NCBI GenBank assembly: GCA_963696985.1
Contig: CAVOMG010000002.1
Coordinates: forward strand, 3,681-67,680
DNA from: an uncultured Thermoplasmata archaeon
GTDB taxonomy: Archaea; Thermoplasmatota; Thermoplasmata; Lutacidiplasmatales; UBA184
DNA length: 64,000 nt
Reading direction: 5' to 3'
The notes beneath the pieces were generated by a model. That model did no database searches and was not told where the DNA came from. It was given only the letters and a program-made list of their open reading frames with translations. The translations under genes were made by a program, and so were the position numbers. Shown here piece by piece: positions 1-10,392 of this stretch (position 1 is the first letter of the stretch; each line of letters begins with the position of its first letter).

Positions 1-1639
1 ACTGCGGGCAGAATTCCGAGGAGGATTCGAACACTTTCCGCCGCGGACCCCTCCAGACGACGTGTGTTAGCAAGATTGTTCAGAATGAACAACCGATGGT
101 ATTCCGTCAGGTGGCAGTCAAGAGCCCGGTTGAGGACCCGTTCCGACTCCTGTAGGTTACCCTTGACCTGGTAGACCATTCCCAAGTTGTTGAGTGGATA
201 GCACCGTTCTGCACTCCCCGTCTCCTCCAACGTCGATAACGCACGACGGTAGTGTGCCTCGGCGACGTCGAGGTCGCGTAGGTAGAAGTATTCGTTAGCG
301 AGATTGTGCTCGGCTGTCGCGATACCGCGAGGATCCCCTATCGACTCATAGAGTCGAAGCGCCTCCAAGACCCGGGGGATGACTTTGGAGGGCTCATCCA
401 TGACGATCATTCCATACTTCATCAGGACGTCGGCACATGCCCTGGGATCCCCCTCTCTCGTGCCAGCTCGGAGGCCCTACCGTAATGGTCCTCCATTCCC
501 ACGTAATCTCCGAAGAGATCACAGGCAGCGGCCATCGAGAGGTGGATGCGGAAAACGAGCTCCCATTCGCCTTCCGCCTCTGCGCGACTCAAGCTCACTC
601 CGTACTCCCGGAGGCAGGTGGTTTTGTTCCCCAGGAAATATGCGGCCCGGCCGGCGAGATGGTGGGCGGCGATGTGGTGACGACCTGTGGGCGACTCACT
701 CCTGAGACAATTCTCGGCGTCGGCAAGAGCCTCCCGATAGTTGCCGGTATGGTACTGCGCCTGCCCGCGCAGGTAGTACCACGAGGCCTGCTCGCGGTTG
801 GGGAGCGACTCATTGCGTCCGAGCTCGATACTGAAAAGCCGGTCAACGACCTGCTTCGCGCTCCTCCAATTTTCGGTCTGGATTAGCTCACTCGCGGTCT
901 TGCCGAATAATTGGAGAGCCCTCGCAATGTCGCCAGCACGCAGATAGTGGTCGGCGGCGCTTTCCTCGGCTTCAACACCTTTCCGATTGGCTAGGGCGCT
1001 TGCCACGGCACTATGGTACAGGCGTCGCAGATTTGCGGGCAGCTCGTCGTACACGGTCTCCTGAATTTTGATGTGGTAGAAGCGATGGAGCCCGTTCAAT
1101 CGGACCACCATCGAGTGAACCGTTTCCAAGTCGCGGAGCTCTTCCAGAATCTCGATTTGGCGTTGCTCAATGGTCGCTGCCAGGAGGTCCGAGTCAAAGA
1201 CGAGCCCGACCACCGAAGCCGCGTCGAGGGTCCGTCGGAGCGGCAAGGACAGGCGTCGAACGCGAGCCCGAATCGTGCCTCGGACCGAGTCGGGGATTTC
1301 GCCTGATTTCAAAGGTTCTGAAGGAACCACGAGGCCCTCCCTTCTGACGAGTTCACCCCGTTCGAGCAACAGGAATAGGAGTTCTCGAATGAAGAACGGA
1401 TTCCCTTCGGTCTCTTTGTAGAGCAGATCCAAGTCACTCTCGGGAAGACGGTGTTCGCCAACGAGGAATCGGACCGCACCGGGGAGATCCCCACGATTCA
1501 ACCTTCGGACTTCGAGCTTCCCTGCCGGTCGGGCGCTTACCATAGAGTCAACGAAACTCGCAACCGCGGAGTCAGGGTCCGCGGCCGCTAGAGCTTCCAC
1601 TCGCACGGCGCAGACGATGAGTAAACTGGTATGATCTAA

Positions 1640-2920
1640 GGGCCCGCTAGAGAATAACGGGGTCAATCTTCCATGCGCGAGCGCGGCCTAATTGTGTAGT
1701 TCCAGTCCCCATGGAACGGGTCGAGCTTCAACAGTAACTTTGCCATCTGAGCATCGGTAATCTCTCGTCCGTCAGGATACTTGCCTCGATCCAGTTCCGC
1801 CCGCACCCGCAGACCCGTCTGGGTCCGTGTCCTTCCTATCAGGCTCACAATTGCCGCCAGGCTCACGAGGGGTTGTCCCCGCCAGTTCTGGGTTATGAAC
1901 GAGAACAGCCGATGCTCGATCTTGTTCCACTTGCTCGTCCCCGGAGGGAAGTGGCAGACGTAGATCTCGAGACCGGATCGATCGGCGAAGCGCTGCAGCT
2001 CCCACTTCCATAGGCGGGAGCGGGCGCTGTTGCTCCCTCCCGAGTCGGCCGTGATCATCAGTGAGGTCGCCTTCGGATAGGCGGCCTTCCCCATCTTCGT
2101 CCACCAGCGCCCGATGGTCCGCACCGCGAAGCTCGCCGTATCGTGGTCAATCCCCACGCTGACCCACCCGTCGTTCCGGGTGAGGTCGTAGACCCCGTAC
2201 GGGATCGCCTTCCCGTTCTCCGGGATGAGGAAGTCGTGGACCCGGACCTTCGTCGGATGGCCTTGGGGCAGCCACTCCTTCCCGGCGTTCTTGAACTCCC
2301 CAACGAGCTCCTTCTTCTTCGTGTCCACCGAGATGACCGGCTGGCCCGAGCGTTGCTGAGCGAGCGCTCGGGCATTGATGTGCTCGAACTGGGCGTCCCG
2401 GTCCGGGTGACGACTCCCCTCCTTCGTCTTCCGGTTCCCCTGGAGGCTGTAGCCCAGGTCGGCCAAGAGCTCGCCGACGAGCCAAGTGCTCACCCGATGT
2501 CCCCGACGTCGGAGTTCGCTGTTCAGGTGGCGGAGACTCTTGGAGGTCCAACGAAGCGGGGACTCGGGATCGCCCCGGGTCGCGGGCTCGACGAGGGCGA
2601 CCAGATCGCTTCGGAGGGTGGGGTCCTTGGTGACGGTGCGCTTTCGACCGGCCCCGGGGCGACGGATGTGGTCCCCAGGTTCGGGGTGATCGAGCTCTTG
2701 CAGACCATGGGCGATTGCTCGGCGGGAAACGCCGATGGCCCGGTGGACCTGGGCGATACCGCCCCAACCGAGGCTGACGAGCCTCGGAGGCGAGTACCAG
2801 TCGTCGCTGACGTTCGTTGAGCTTGGACAGTAAAGGTGCTAGTTTCCTCCGAAGGGGGGAGACGCGCACAAGGGGTAGGCGAGGGAGGCAGTATTAGACC
2901 CTTTATTTCCTAGCGAACCC
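1640..2920 (-). mobile_element. ISAzo13-family insertion sequence
   Basis: Imperfect ~25-bp TIRs: GGGCCCGCTAGAGAATAACGGGGTC, and on the opposite strand GGGTTCGCTAGGAAATAAAGGGTC. 3-bp TAA target duplication at 1637-1639 and 2921-2923. Confidence 0.9.
1663..2869 (-). CDS. ISAzo13-family transposase (frameshifts in the N-terminal part)
   Basis: Motifs HPDRDAQF, ISVDTKKKE, ITADSGGSN, PPGTSKWNKIEHRLF, FHGDWNY. The N-terminus LNERQRRL lies in another frame (2869). Confidence 0.9.
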
Positions 2921-3547
2921 TAAGAGTTCGGTCAAGTAATGCAACAAGCCGACCGTTTCGGCGTCTGCCCATTGCAAGTCGTCAACGACTAGGACCACCG
3001 TTCTTCCCTCGCAAAGAGCCGTGAGGAACTTGGCGAACGCGAGGAGGGTTCTTCCCTCGTAATTGGTGAACGTCGGTAGGTAGTCCCGGTCCCGGGTGTC
3101 GATTGCTCGGGCCGCGGTGCCCGCGGCCTCCCGCAGGCCGGGGACCATTGAAACGATCTCTCCGAACGATTCTCTGAGAAGAGTTTGTAAGCGAAAGCGC
3201 CTAGCGGCGGGATCGTCGGAAGTCGTGAATCGGACTAGAGCCTTGACTATCGGGAAGTAAGGAGACTGTTGAGTCCGTTCGCAGTCTGCGCGGAAAATGA
3301 GCTGGTTTAGGTCTCTGCGGCCCTCTTTGAGGCGACCCGCGAAACCGTCGAGGAGCGACGATTTGCCGACCCCTGCCTCACCGAACAAGAGTACGACCCG
3401 GCCTTGCCGACTGTCTTCGCACCGGGCCGCTTCTTCGGCGAGGAATCCAAGCTCGCGCTCCCGTCCAGCAAGGCCAAAGTTTTGGCCGAGGTCGGCTCCT
3501 GATAATTTCGAGTTATCTGGCGTATGTCTACGACGGCAATCCGCGCC

Positions 3548-4546
3548 CTAGGCCCTGATGAGACCGGATTCGATCAGGCGCCGATCCAGTGGGCCCAGAT
3601 CAATGGAGTTACGCCCGCTGAACCGGAGTAGGGCCTTCCGTTTTTGGACCGAGGAGACCTCGGTGTAAATCTGGGTGGTCACTATTGTTCTGTGGCCTAG
3701 CAACTCCTGCACTACCCGTATGTCCGCCCCATTGTTCAGGAGCATCGTCGCCATCGTGTGCCGAAGACAGTGGGGCGTGTAATGGCGCTTAATTCTGGCT
3801 GTCCGACAGTATTTCCCGAAGAGGAACTCCACAGAGTAAATGGACATCCTCTCGAAACGGGAGTTGAGGTAAAGTGCCGTGGTCCCGCAGTGGAGGCTGC
3901 AGCGCAAGTGGACGTACGCCTTCATCACTTCGAGAACTTCCGAGTTCGACAGGAAAGCAATCCTCTCGCGCCTGCCCTTGCCCAGAACGCGGATGGATCC
4001 ATCCGTCAGGTTGAGGTCGGAGCAGTCCAAACCGACAAGTTCGCCGACTCTCAGTCCCGTGAGGAAGAGAGTTTCGAAGAGAGAAACGTCTCTAAGGTAT
4101 CGATACGCGACGGGCAGTCTCGAAGTAGCATCCGCAGTTCCCCCTTCCACCAAGCCTCGTGCCTTACTCCTGCGTATGCCGTTGAGGAAGGCTCGAACCT
4201 CTCTGGAGGTCATGACTCTGGGCAAGCGTTTGGCAATAGTGTACCGACCTCTGAGCGATCGGGCCGGGGAAAGAGCAGTCTCGCCCTCTTGTTCAAGGAA
4301 TCCGAAGAAGACCTTCGCCGATGCAATCCGTCTCCGGATGGTGGTGTCCGCGTAATTCTGCGTGGCGGATATGGAGGCGAAGTACTCTCGGAGGCGTTCT
4401 CCCGAAATCTCAGCCACAGGCCGATCTCCAAGCCCCCTGACCAGTAGTTCGATGTCCCCGCCATAGGCCCTGAGTGTTGACGGGGAAAGATTGCGCTCGG
4501 ACTTTGCCCAGCCCAAGAAGCGCCCTCTTGCCTCGGTCAGGAGCAT
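3548..4546 (-). CDS. Tyrosine recombinase/integrase (XerC/D-like)
   Basis: N-terminal SAM-like domain (LSPSTLRAY); catalytic motifs TGLRVGEL, GKGRRER, HCLRH, LLGH, TTQIY. Confidence 0.93.
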   Translation of the reverse strand: MLLTEARGRFLGWAKSERNLSPSTLRAYGGDIELLVRGLGDRPVAEISGERLREYFASISATQNYADTTIRRRIASAKVFFGFLEQEGETALSPARSLRGRYTIAKRLPRVMTSREVRAFLNGIRRSKARGLVEGGTADATSRLPVAYRYLRDVSLFETLFLTGLRVGELVGLDCSDLNLTDGSIRVLGKGRRERIAFLSNSEVLEVMKAYVHLRCSLHCGTTALYLNSRFERMSIYSVEFLFGKYCRTARIKRHYTPHCLRHTMATMLLNNGADIRVVQELLGHRTIVTTQIYTEVSSVQKRKALLRFSGRNSIDLGPLDRRLIESGLIRA

Positions 4547-4744
4547 GGTTCCTGGAGGGATGTGCGAGACGGGGGTTCATAGACCCGGCGGGCGAGTGGT
4601 TACGCACCGACCCGTCCGCCACGCGGCGGGCAGCGTGTCGTGGGGCCCCCGTCTCAAGGCCCAACCTCCCCAAATTCGCCCGGTAGTCCAAGTGAAACAA
4701 AACTAGGCCAAACGGCGAGGTTATGTTTCTAAGCCGCTCCGAGG

Positions 4745-5455
4745 TCAGTCTGTACTCGCCTTGGCCTTGATGCGCTTGGGATAGATGCGCCGTTCCTTCG
4801 GGTATTCGGTGTGAACCTTCTCCCGGATTGCCCGACCGGTCATTGGATAGAGGTCTTCCTTCACGTCGATGCTCACCTCTCGGACCAACTCTGGGGTGGC
4901 CCGCCAGATCTTCTCGGCCAGGGACATGCCCTTCGGGGTAAGTTCCACGATCGTAGGCGACTCAACGTCGTCCGACCACTGGACTTTGACGAGGCCTTCC
5001 TTGTCGAGCGTCTTGAGGTCATCTTTCAGGCTTGGCGAGACCGGCCCACCTCTGGCGTTCGTAAAGTCCTGCTGCGCGTAACCGCGGCCGAGACCTAGGT
5101 TTTCCAGGCGCTTCCACTGATAGAACAGGAGCTTGTGGAACTTCGAGAGTTCTGGGATCACTCCTTGGACGAAGTAGCCGGCCTTGGCAAAGAGAGTCAA
5201 GAGGATCGGTACCTCGCGAGTCTCGACCCCCATCCTTGCAGCGATGAACTCTGCCTCGGCCCTGGCGACGATTGCCGGGTCGATAGAGAGCTTCCCCGTC
5301 GATGAGTCCTTTTCGACACGGACCCCCTTTAGGACGATTCGGTTTCCCTCAGGGTCAATCGTCGGAATGTCCACCTGCACCACCTCCATTACCGCCTCCA
5401 TTTTTCCCGAACCTGCCTCCGGCTGTTCACGCCGGCTCCTCGTCCCATATCTCAA
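4745..5455 (-). CDS. Panacea/DUF4065(YwgA)-like protein with an N-terminal extension
   Basis: KLLFY...F...GPVS..L.DDL..L...GL...ELT..G pattern and C-terminal VHTEYP. Confidence 0.6.
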   Translation of the reverse strand: MRYGTRSRREQPEAGSGKMEAVMEVVQVDIPTIDPEGNRIVLKGVRVEKDSSTGKLSIDPAIVARAEAEFIAARMGVETREVPILLTLFAKAGYFVQGVIPELSKFHKLLFYQWKRLENLGLGRGYAQQDFTNARGGPVSPSLKDDLKTLDKEGLVKVQWSDDVESPTIVELTPKGMSLAEKIWRATPELVREVSIDVKEDLYPMTGRAIREKVHTEYPKERRIYPKRIKAKASTD

Positions 5456-5940
5456 TCAGATCAAGCGGCCCCCCGAGACATAGCCTGAAAATGGGGCGAG
5501 GATATTCCCACCCCTTCAACTGGGGCCATGGCTCGGGTTGTTTCCAACGCACAGCGGCTCACCGAAGGGACGACGGCCTTCCGCGGGGGGACTTCCGCAG
5601 GCCCCAGTCCCTCAAGGCCGAGCTCGCCTCAAGTCCTCGGGGGACGAGTGGTGGAGCGCGTCCCATCCGTGGAGTATCACACGGGGTGGTGGGCCGGTCC
5701 CCGGGCGGGTGCTGGATCGGTGAGAGAGGCGTGCTCATGGGCGCGGTATAGGTTTTCATTTCACGATTCACGAGCGCTCCTAGGATCCCTCCTTGGCCCG
5801 CGAAATCCCCATCGGGTGCTCCTTCCTCCATCGCTGTATCTTCTCCTTCACCATCGTCGCCATCCCCATCCTCCCTACCATGGCTGTTGCCCAAGCTTTG
5901 GGCGGGAAGCGCCTAGGCCAACTAGGGCGCAATGGCAGCG

Positions 5941-6150
5941 CTATGCTTCGGGGAAGAGAAACCCGTCACTCTCCGGGACTACTACGGCTCTGTGCTTCTC
6001 CCCGTCTACGAAGAACACGACCTTCTCACCCTCTTTAAGTCCCAGTCCCGATCGCACGGCGTTCGGCAGATGCATCAGTCCCTTCTCGGAAACGGTTGCT
6101 ACCACCGGTACCAGCTTAGCGTTCAAGGTCGACCACGGGTCTATTGCCAC
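5941..6150 (-). CDS. AbrB/MazE/SpoVT-family DNA-binding protein
   Basis: VSEKGLMHLPNAVRSGLGLKEGEKVVF matches the AbrB swapped-hairpin pattern. Confidence 0.75.
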   Translation of the reverse strand: MAIDPWSTLNAKLVPVVATVSEKGLMHLPNAVRSGLGLKEGEKVVFFVDGEKHRAVVVPESDGFLFPEA

Positions 6151-6227
6151 CTTTCAGGCTAATGAAACTTCCGTAAGCACTGAACTATGCTCTACCTTTA
6201 AATGCTGGAAAAGATATCCTGATTAGT

Positions 6228-6476
6228 ATGTCGCTGCTCCGAGAATTGGCCAAGGCGGGTCTGGCTATCGCAGTCTCGGCCAAAGCCGAGGATGCGGCGA
6301 CAGATCTTCGCCGATCTGCCCGACGTACCCGGGCGGGGCTTGGACGTGAACTCCGTTACGACCTGGCTGACGCAGCCGAGGAGATCTCAAAGGATCCAGA
6401 ACCAGTCGTCAAGGCCCTCGAGGCCTGGTGGGACCGGCCTCGTCGCGACTCCTACCAGCGCGGGGCGAACTGGTAG
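6228..6476 (+). CDS. Small helical hypothetical protein
   Basis: 82-aa ORF with TTTAAA (6197-6202) about 25 nt upstream of the ATG, consistent with a leaderless archaeal promoter; 5 nt gap to the next gene. Confidence 0.55.
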   Translation: MSLLRELAKAGLAIAVSAKAEDAATDLRRSARRTRAGLGRELRYDLADAAEEISKDPEPVVKALEAWWDRPRRDSYQRGANW

Positions 6477-6481
6477 TTGGG

Positions 6482-6745
6482 ATGGGTTACTCGAGTCGCC
6501 GCGATAAAGGGGATTACCGCTGGGTTCCCGAGACGAGCGGGATCTACCGCCTATATCACGGCGACACTATCGTCTACGTCGGACACACGAACAATCTTAA
6601 GGCGCGCCTCCAAGAGCACGAGGCAGGGAAATCCTACTGGGGATCGTACGACTACAAGTCGACGAGAGGGGTCCCGACTGCGGAGCGGAAGCGAATGGAG
6701 CGGCGCGCAATCAGCTACAACTGGCCCACGAGGAACCGGACGTAG
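6482..6745 (+). CDS. Minimal GIY-YIG nuclease
   Basis: SGIYRLY...VYVGHT.NLKARLQEH...E...P..N motif set in 87 aa. Confidence 0.8.
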   Translation: MGYSSRRDKGDYRWVPETSGIYRLYHGDTIVYVGHTNNLKARLQEHEAGKSYWGSYDYKSTRGVPTAERKRMERRAISYNWPTRNRT

Positions 6746-6882
6746 GTAAGGGCCTATCCAGCTGGAAAGGAGCTTCCGATAATCGGCGAGGTAGATATAC
6801 CGCCACTTGGCTTCCGTTTCGGTGCGGGAGCCTTAAGTAACTTGGTCGCTTACCGCAGTGTCGAAGGAAAGGGCTAAATACG

Positions 6883-7401
6883 GTGGGGGCGGGGATTTTG
6901 GGGGGCAAGTCTGGGCCGATCCCTTCGGCGCCTCTCTCCGCATCGCGGGATTTTGAAGGCAATGTCCTTTATCTGACGCTCAAAGAACTCGGCTGCCGAA
7001 CTTCCAAGGCCCCATTCGAGCGTAGGAAGCTAATTCAGAAACTAGTCTACGTGGCCGAGCGGGTCGGGGTTGACCTCGGCTACGGCTATCGATGGCACAT
7101 TCACGGCCCCTACTCAAGCGATCTGGCGCGCACGTACTATCGGGTGGGCGACAAAGAGGAGCAGGAGTTGGCTGAGAAAGCGGCACATCTCCACCTGCGG
7201 CCTGAGGCCAAGCAGCGGTTGGCTGACATGAAGGCTGTCCTGGGAAGTGCCATCCACGATCCCAATGAAATGGAGGCTATTGCTTCCGCTCTCTATCTGA
7301 ATACAAAGAATCTGGATCGACTTAAGAGATTAAAGCCTCACATCCCCGACACAACTTGGAAATCCGCTTTCACGAAGGTAGACAGGCTTAAGCTCGACTA
7401 A
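6883..7401 (+). CDS. YwgA/DUF4065 (Panacea)-like protein
   Basis: RKLIQKLVY...GVDLGYGYRWHIHGPYSSDL...MEAIAS.LYL pattern. Confidence 0.7.
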   Translation: MGAGILGGKSGPIPSAPLSASRDFEGNVLYLTLKELGCRTSKAPFERRKLIQKLVYVAERVGVDLGYGYRWHIHGPYSSDLARTYYRVGDKEEQELAEKAAHLHLRPEAKQRLADMKAVLGSAIHDPNEMEAIASALYLNTKNLDRLKRLKPHIPDTTWKSAFTKVDRLKLD

Positions 7402-7481
7402 GCCTGAAACACATCAGAGTTTCTACGACGATCGGCAGCCAACCCCGATGGGTTTTCGACGAGATAGCCGGCCTTGTCGCC

Positions 7482-8960
7482 TTGGACGAACTCGAATCCA
7501 AGATCTGGGACTCTCCGCTCTTTGCTCGTCTAGGACACATCCGTCAACTCGGAATAGGGTCCAACGTCTTTCCCGGGGCGACTCATACTCGCCTCTCTCA
7601 CTCGATCGGGACAATGCACTACGCCGGAAAGATCGCGGAGAGCTTCCTTGAAGCATATCAAAAGAGCGAGAAAAAGAGATTCCACGATAAGAAATTCTCT
7701 AGGAGTGTCCGGGCCGCGGCGTTACTGCACGACATCGGCCACCCAGCCCTGTCACACAACGTCGAGAGGATATTCACGAGCGCGTTCATGGAGGCAAAAA
7801 GCAAGACGCTCCTTGCGGGTGATGGATCACCCGCCAATTCACTACTCGACCATCCCGTAGCCCAGCTAGTCAAGCAAGAGAGCAAGACGGAAAAGAATCC
7901 GTTCGAAAACAGTGTCATGAGCTGGTTCCTGATTCAGCACTCTTCCCTTACCACCACGATCAACGCAGGAGGCCTGGATCCGGCGGACGTCGCAAAGATA
8001 GTAATTGGCAGAAGAAGCCCTGTGGGTCCGAACCGGTCCGCCCACGACCAGATTCTCAACGGCGGCATGGATGCGGACAAGTTAGACTACCTTCAACGCG
8101 ACTCTCGGGCGACGGGCGTGCGTTACGGCAACTTCGACGTCGAATGGATTCTGCACAACATCGCCAACGACAGGGGTTCAATATGCGTCAGCGAGGACGC
8201 CGTCCAAGCCTGTGTACACTTGATGTTCGTTAGATTTCTCTGGTACAGTCAGATCATCTACAACAAGCACTTCGTTGCATTTCAAGAGATGGTCAAGCGC
8301 GCCTATCCGGCCGTGGTGAAGAACTCATCCTCCCTACCAGGACCTAGTGAGACCCTAGATTTGCTTTGGAAAATAAAGTCCGGGGACCAGGATGCGGAAG
8401 ATCAATGGTCGTCGTTCGTCGACTCGAAGGTCTTTGACGAGATGGAGACGGTTCGGCGGGCAATCAGAGCCGGCAAGAAGATTGATGAAAGCGTGATGAA
8501 GGCAGAGACCCTCGAAGACTTCCTCGATCGAATACTGCGCCGTAGGCTGCCCCTACCCTTGATAGCGAGAGTGGACGGCGTCCAAGTGGATCACCGGAGG
8601 ATCGCCGGCACGGGTCCAACGAAGGAGGAGGTTCACCCTCGGCGTGAGGAATTCAAGGATTTCGTGAAATGGATCGAGTCAAATCACGATGACGACCTAC
8701 GCATGGGCCGGATCATAGTGAGCGAGGAGTTCGTCCCACTGCTGAAGGAGGAAGAGGACACACCAATTCTAGTCCGTACGGGTCACGACGCGACATCCTT
8801 CCCTCTGAAGGACCACTACTCGTGCATCTTCAAGCCGATATACGAGCATCAAAGCATACAGATAGCACTTCGTCGGATTTATTCGGTCGGGGCCATGGAG
8901 TCCGAGCTTAAAGGAAAGTGGGAGAGCATTCTCGCAAAGGGCAGAAAACCTGATCGCTGA
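7482..8960 (+). CDS. HD-domain phosphohydrolase (SAMHD1/YwfO dNTP triphosphohydrolase-like)
   Basis: RLGHIRQLG, FPGATHTRLSHSIG, LLHDIGHPALSH, DADKLDYLQRD. The true start is probably near 7448 (VFDEIAGLV upstream of 7482). Confidence 0.9.
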   Translation: MDELESKIWDSPLFARLGHIRQLGIGSNVFPGATHTRLSHSIGTMHYAGKIAESFLEAYQKSEKKRFHDKKFSRSVRAAALLHDIGHPALSHNVERIFTSAFMEAKSKTLLAGDGSPANSLLDHPVAQLVKQESKTEKNPFENSVMSWFLIQHSSLTTTINAGGLDPADVAKIVIGRRSPVGPNRSAHDQILNGGMDADKLDYLQRDSRATGVRYGNFDVEWILHNIANDRGSICVSEDAVQACVHLMFVRFLWYSQIIYNKHFVAFQEMVKRAYPAVVKNSSSLPGPSETLDLLWKIKSGDQDAEDQWSSFVDSKVFDEMETVRRAIRAGKKIDESVMKAETLEDFLDRILRRRLPLPLIARVDGVQVDHRRIAGTGPTKEEVHPRREEFKDFVKWIESNHDDDLRMGRIIVSEEFVPLLKEEEDTPILVRTGHDATSFPLKDHYSCIFKPIYEHQSIQIALRRIYSVGAMESELKGKWESILAKGRKPDR

Positions 8961-8993
8961 CTTGGCCCGACGAATCGATTCAATGGGGGAAAG

Positions 8994-10392
8994 GTGACGC
9001 GACCCAAGAGTGCCATTCCAGTAGGGACTCAGTTCTCCCCTGACTTGATTGACCTACCTGCCTTCCTACATGCAATCATTCGTCATTCGGGCGATAAGAT
9101 TTCTATGGAGGCAGCGGTTTGGGAATCCCAGGTCAGGAAGGCCTCCGTCCGTGTGATTCCTACCCGGCGTCGTGCCAGCCTCCCCCTTGAGGCTGCTAGA
9201 CAATACGGTCTACTCGACGACGAGTACCGCGCCACGGAACTCGCTAAGACCCTCGAAACTCTCCCAGACCCTTCTGTATACGAGTCGTTTGCGCGCCACA
9301 TCCTACAGACTCGTGGGGGACTCCGAGTAATCGAGGCTGCTCAACAGATGGCCGTGGACGAGCCAACGACTAAAGTCGGCGTAACTGGCGACACGCTGGC
9401 AGCTTACCTGTCCGACCACGGATTCACAGTCGCTGTCCATAACACGGCGATTAACAGTATGCGACTCTGGCTCGAGAGGGCTGGAATCTTCGTTCCCGGA
9501 ACATGGAAGGTGGACATAGTTGGAAAGGAAAGGTTGCTTGGACTCAGTGATGAACAGATCGGGGCTTTGGCGACGATGCCAGAGGATCAACGAGCGTTTC
9601 TGCTATCGCTTTGCAGGATAGATCCGGCGGGCCCATACCCCGCCGCGACCATTCGGGAGGATGCCGAGCGAGCGCTAAGCCGGCGTCTTGACCGCAGCTC
9701 GTTGCCGAAACTGATGCAGCCGCTCAAGGAGGCCGGATTTATCGATTACAGCAGCGGTGGAACTGCATCAGGTAAGACTGCTCGAGTCTGGACGACGCCC
9801 AAGTTCCGTACCTGAGGTACTCGCACCCTTCCTGGAAAAGACCGTCGGCCAACTCGATCCTGCTCTTTCCGAGTACTACCGTCGAAATTTCTCTGACGTA
9901 GTTCGCCAACTCGACTCCACCGACACGTACGTGAAGGGTATCGCCCTGGAGGCCTACGCGATTCAAATCATGCGACGAATGGGTCTTCGATTCATTCGAT
10001 GGCGCGTTAGGGCCAGGGATCGAGTCGGCGGTGCCGAGGTGGACGCAATCTTAGCGGGGGTTGTCGGTGGAACGCCTACCCGATGGCAGGTTCAGTGCAA
10101 GAACACCCCGAAGAGTCGGGTGCATCTGGAGGACGTGGCCAAAGAGGTGGGATTGCTACCCCTCACAAAGGCGACGCACATCCTCATCCTCGCCCGGTGT
10201 CCATTCTCCGACGACGCGGAGAAATATTCGCGAGATATCATGCGACACAGTTCGGTCTCTATCTTCCTTCTGGATGGAAAAGACTACGAAGAGTTGAGGC
10301 GGACTGAGGGTGGGGCCTTGGCTAGGATCTTACACTCCAAGGCCGTCGAGATTGCTGAAATAGAGCGACCCGGTCTGGATTGGTTAACATGA
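8994..10392 (+). CDS. Restriction endonuclease with a C-terminal Mrr-like PD-(D/E)XK domain (1-nt indel near 9810)
   Basis: ORFs 8994-9815 and 9757-10392 join as KFRT-EVLAPF; catalytic KGIALE, EVDAIL, QVQCKN. Confidence 0.75.

Larger units (their letters stand above)
1..3523 (-). pseudogene. STAND/AAA ATPase-TPR protein, interrupted by ISAzo13; runs off the window start
   Basis: N-part: GRERELGFL, Walker A GEAGVGKS, Walker B VVLVVDDLQWAD. C-part (422-1639): TEGNPFFIRELL, IPDSVRGTIRARV, then TPR repeats that continue to position 1 after a G-run indel near 450. Removing the IS and one TAA copy joins ...HYLTELL-DHTSLLIV... in frame. The likely start (3523) reads ACG. Confidence 0.85.

Noticed and set aside
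5559-5894. Acidic 111-aa ORF as the toxin partner of the Panacea-like gene
   Set aside because: No recognisable motif, a TTG start and low complexity; not supportable as a gene.
5986-5995. GGCTCTGTGC as the left end partner of TTGCACAGAGC (19543-53)
   Set aside because: Only 9 bp match, it lies inside the AbrB coding sequence, and no target duplication was seen.
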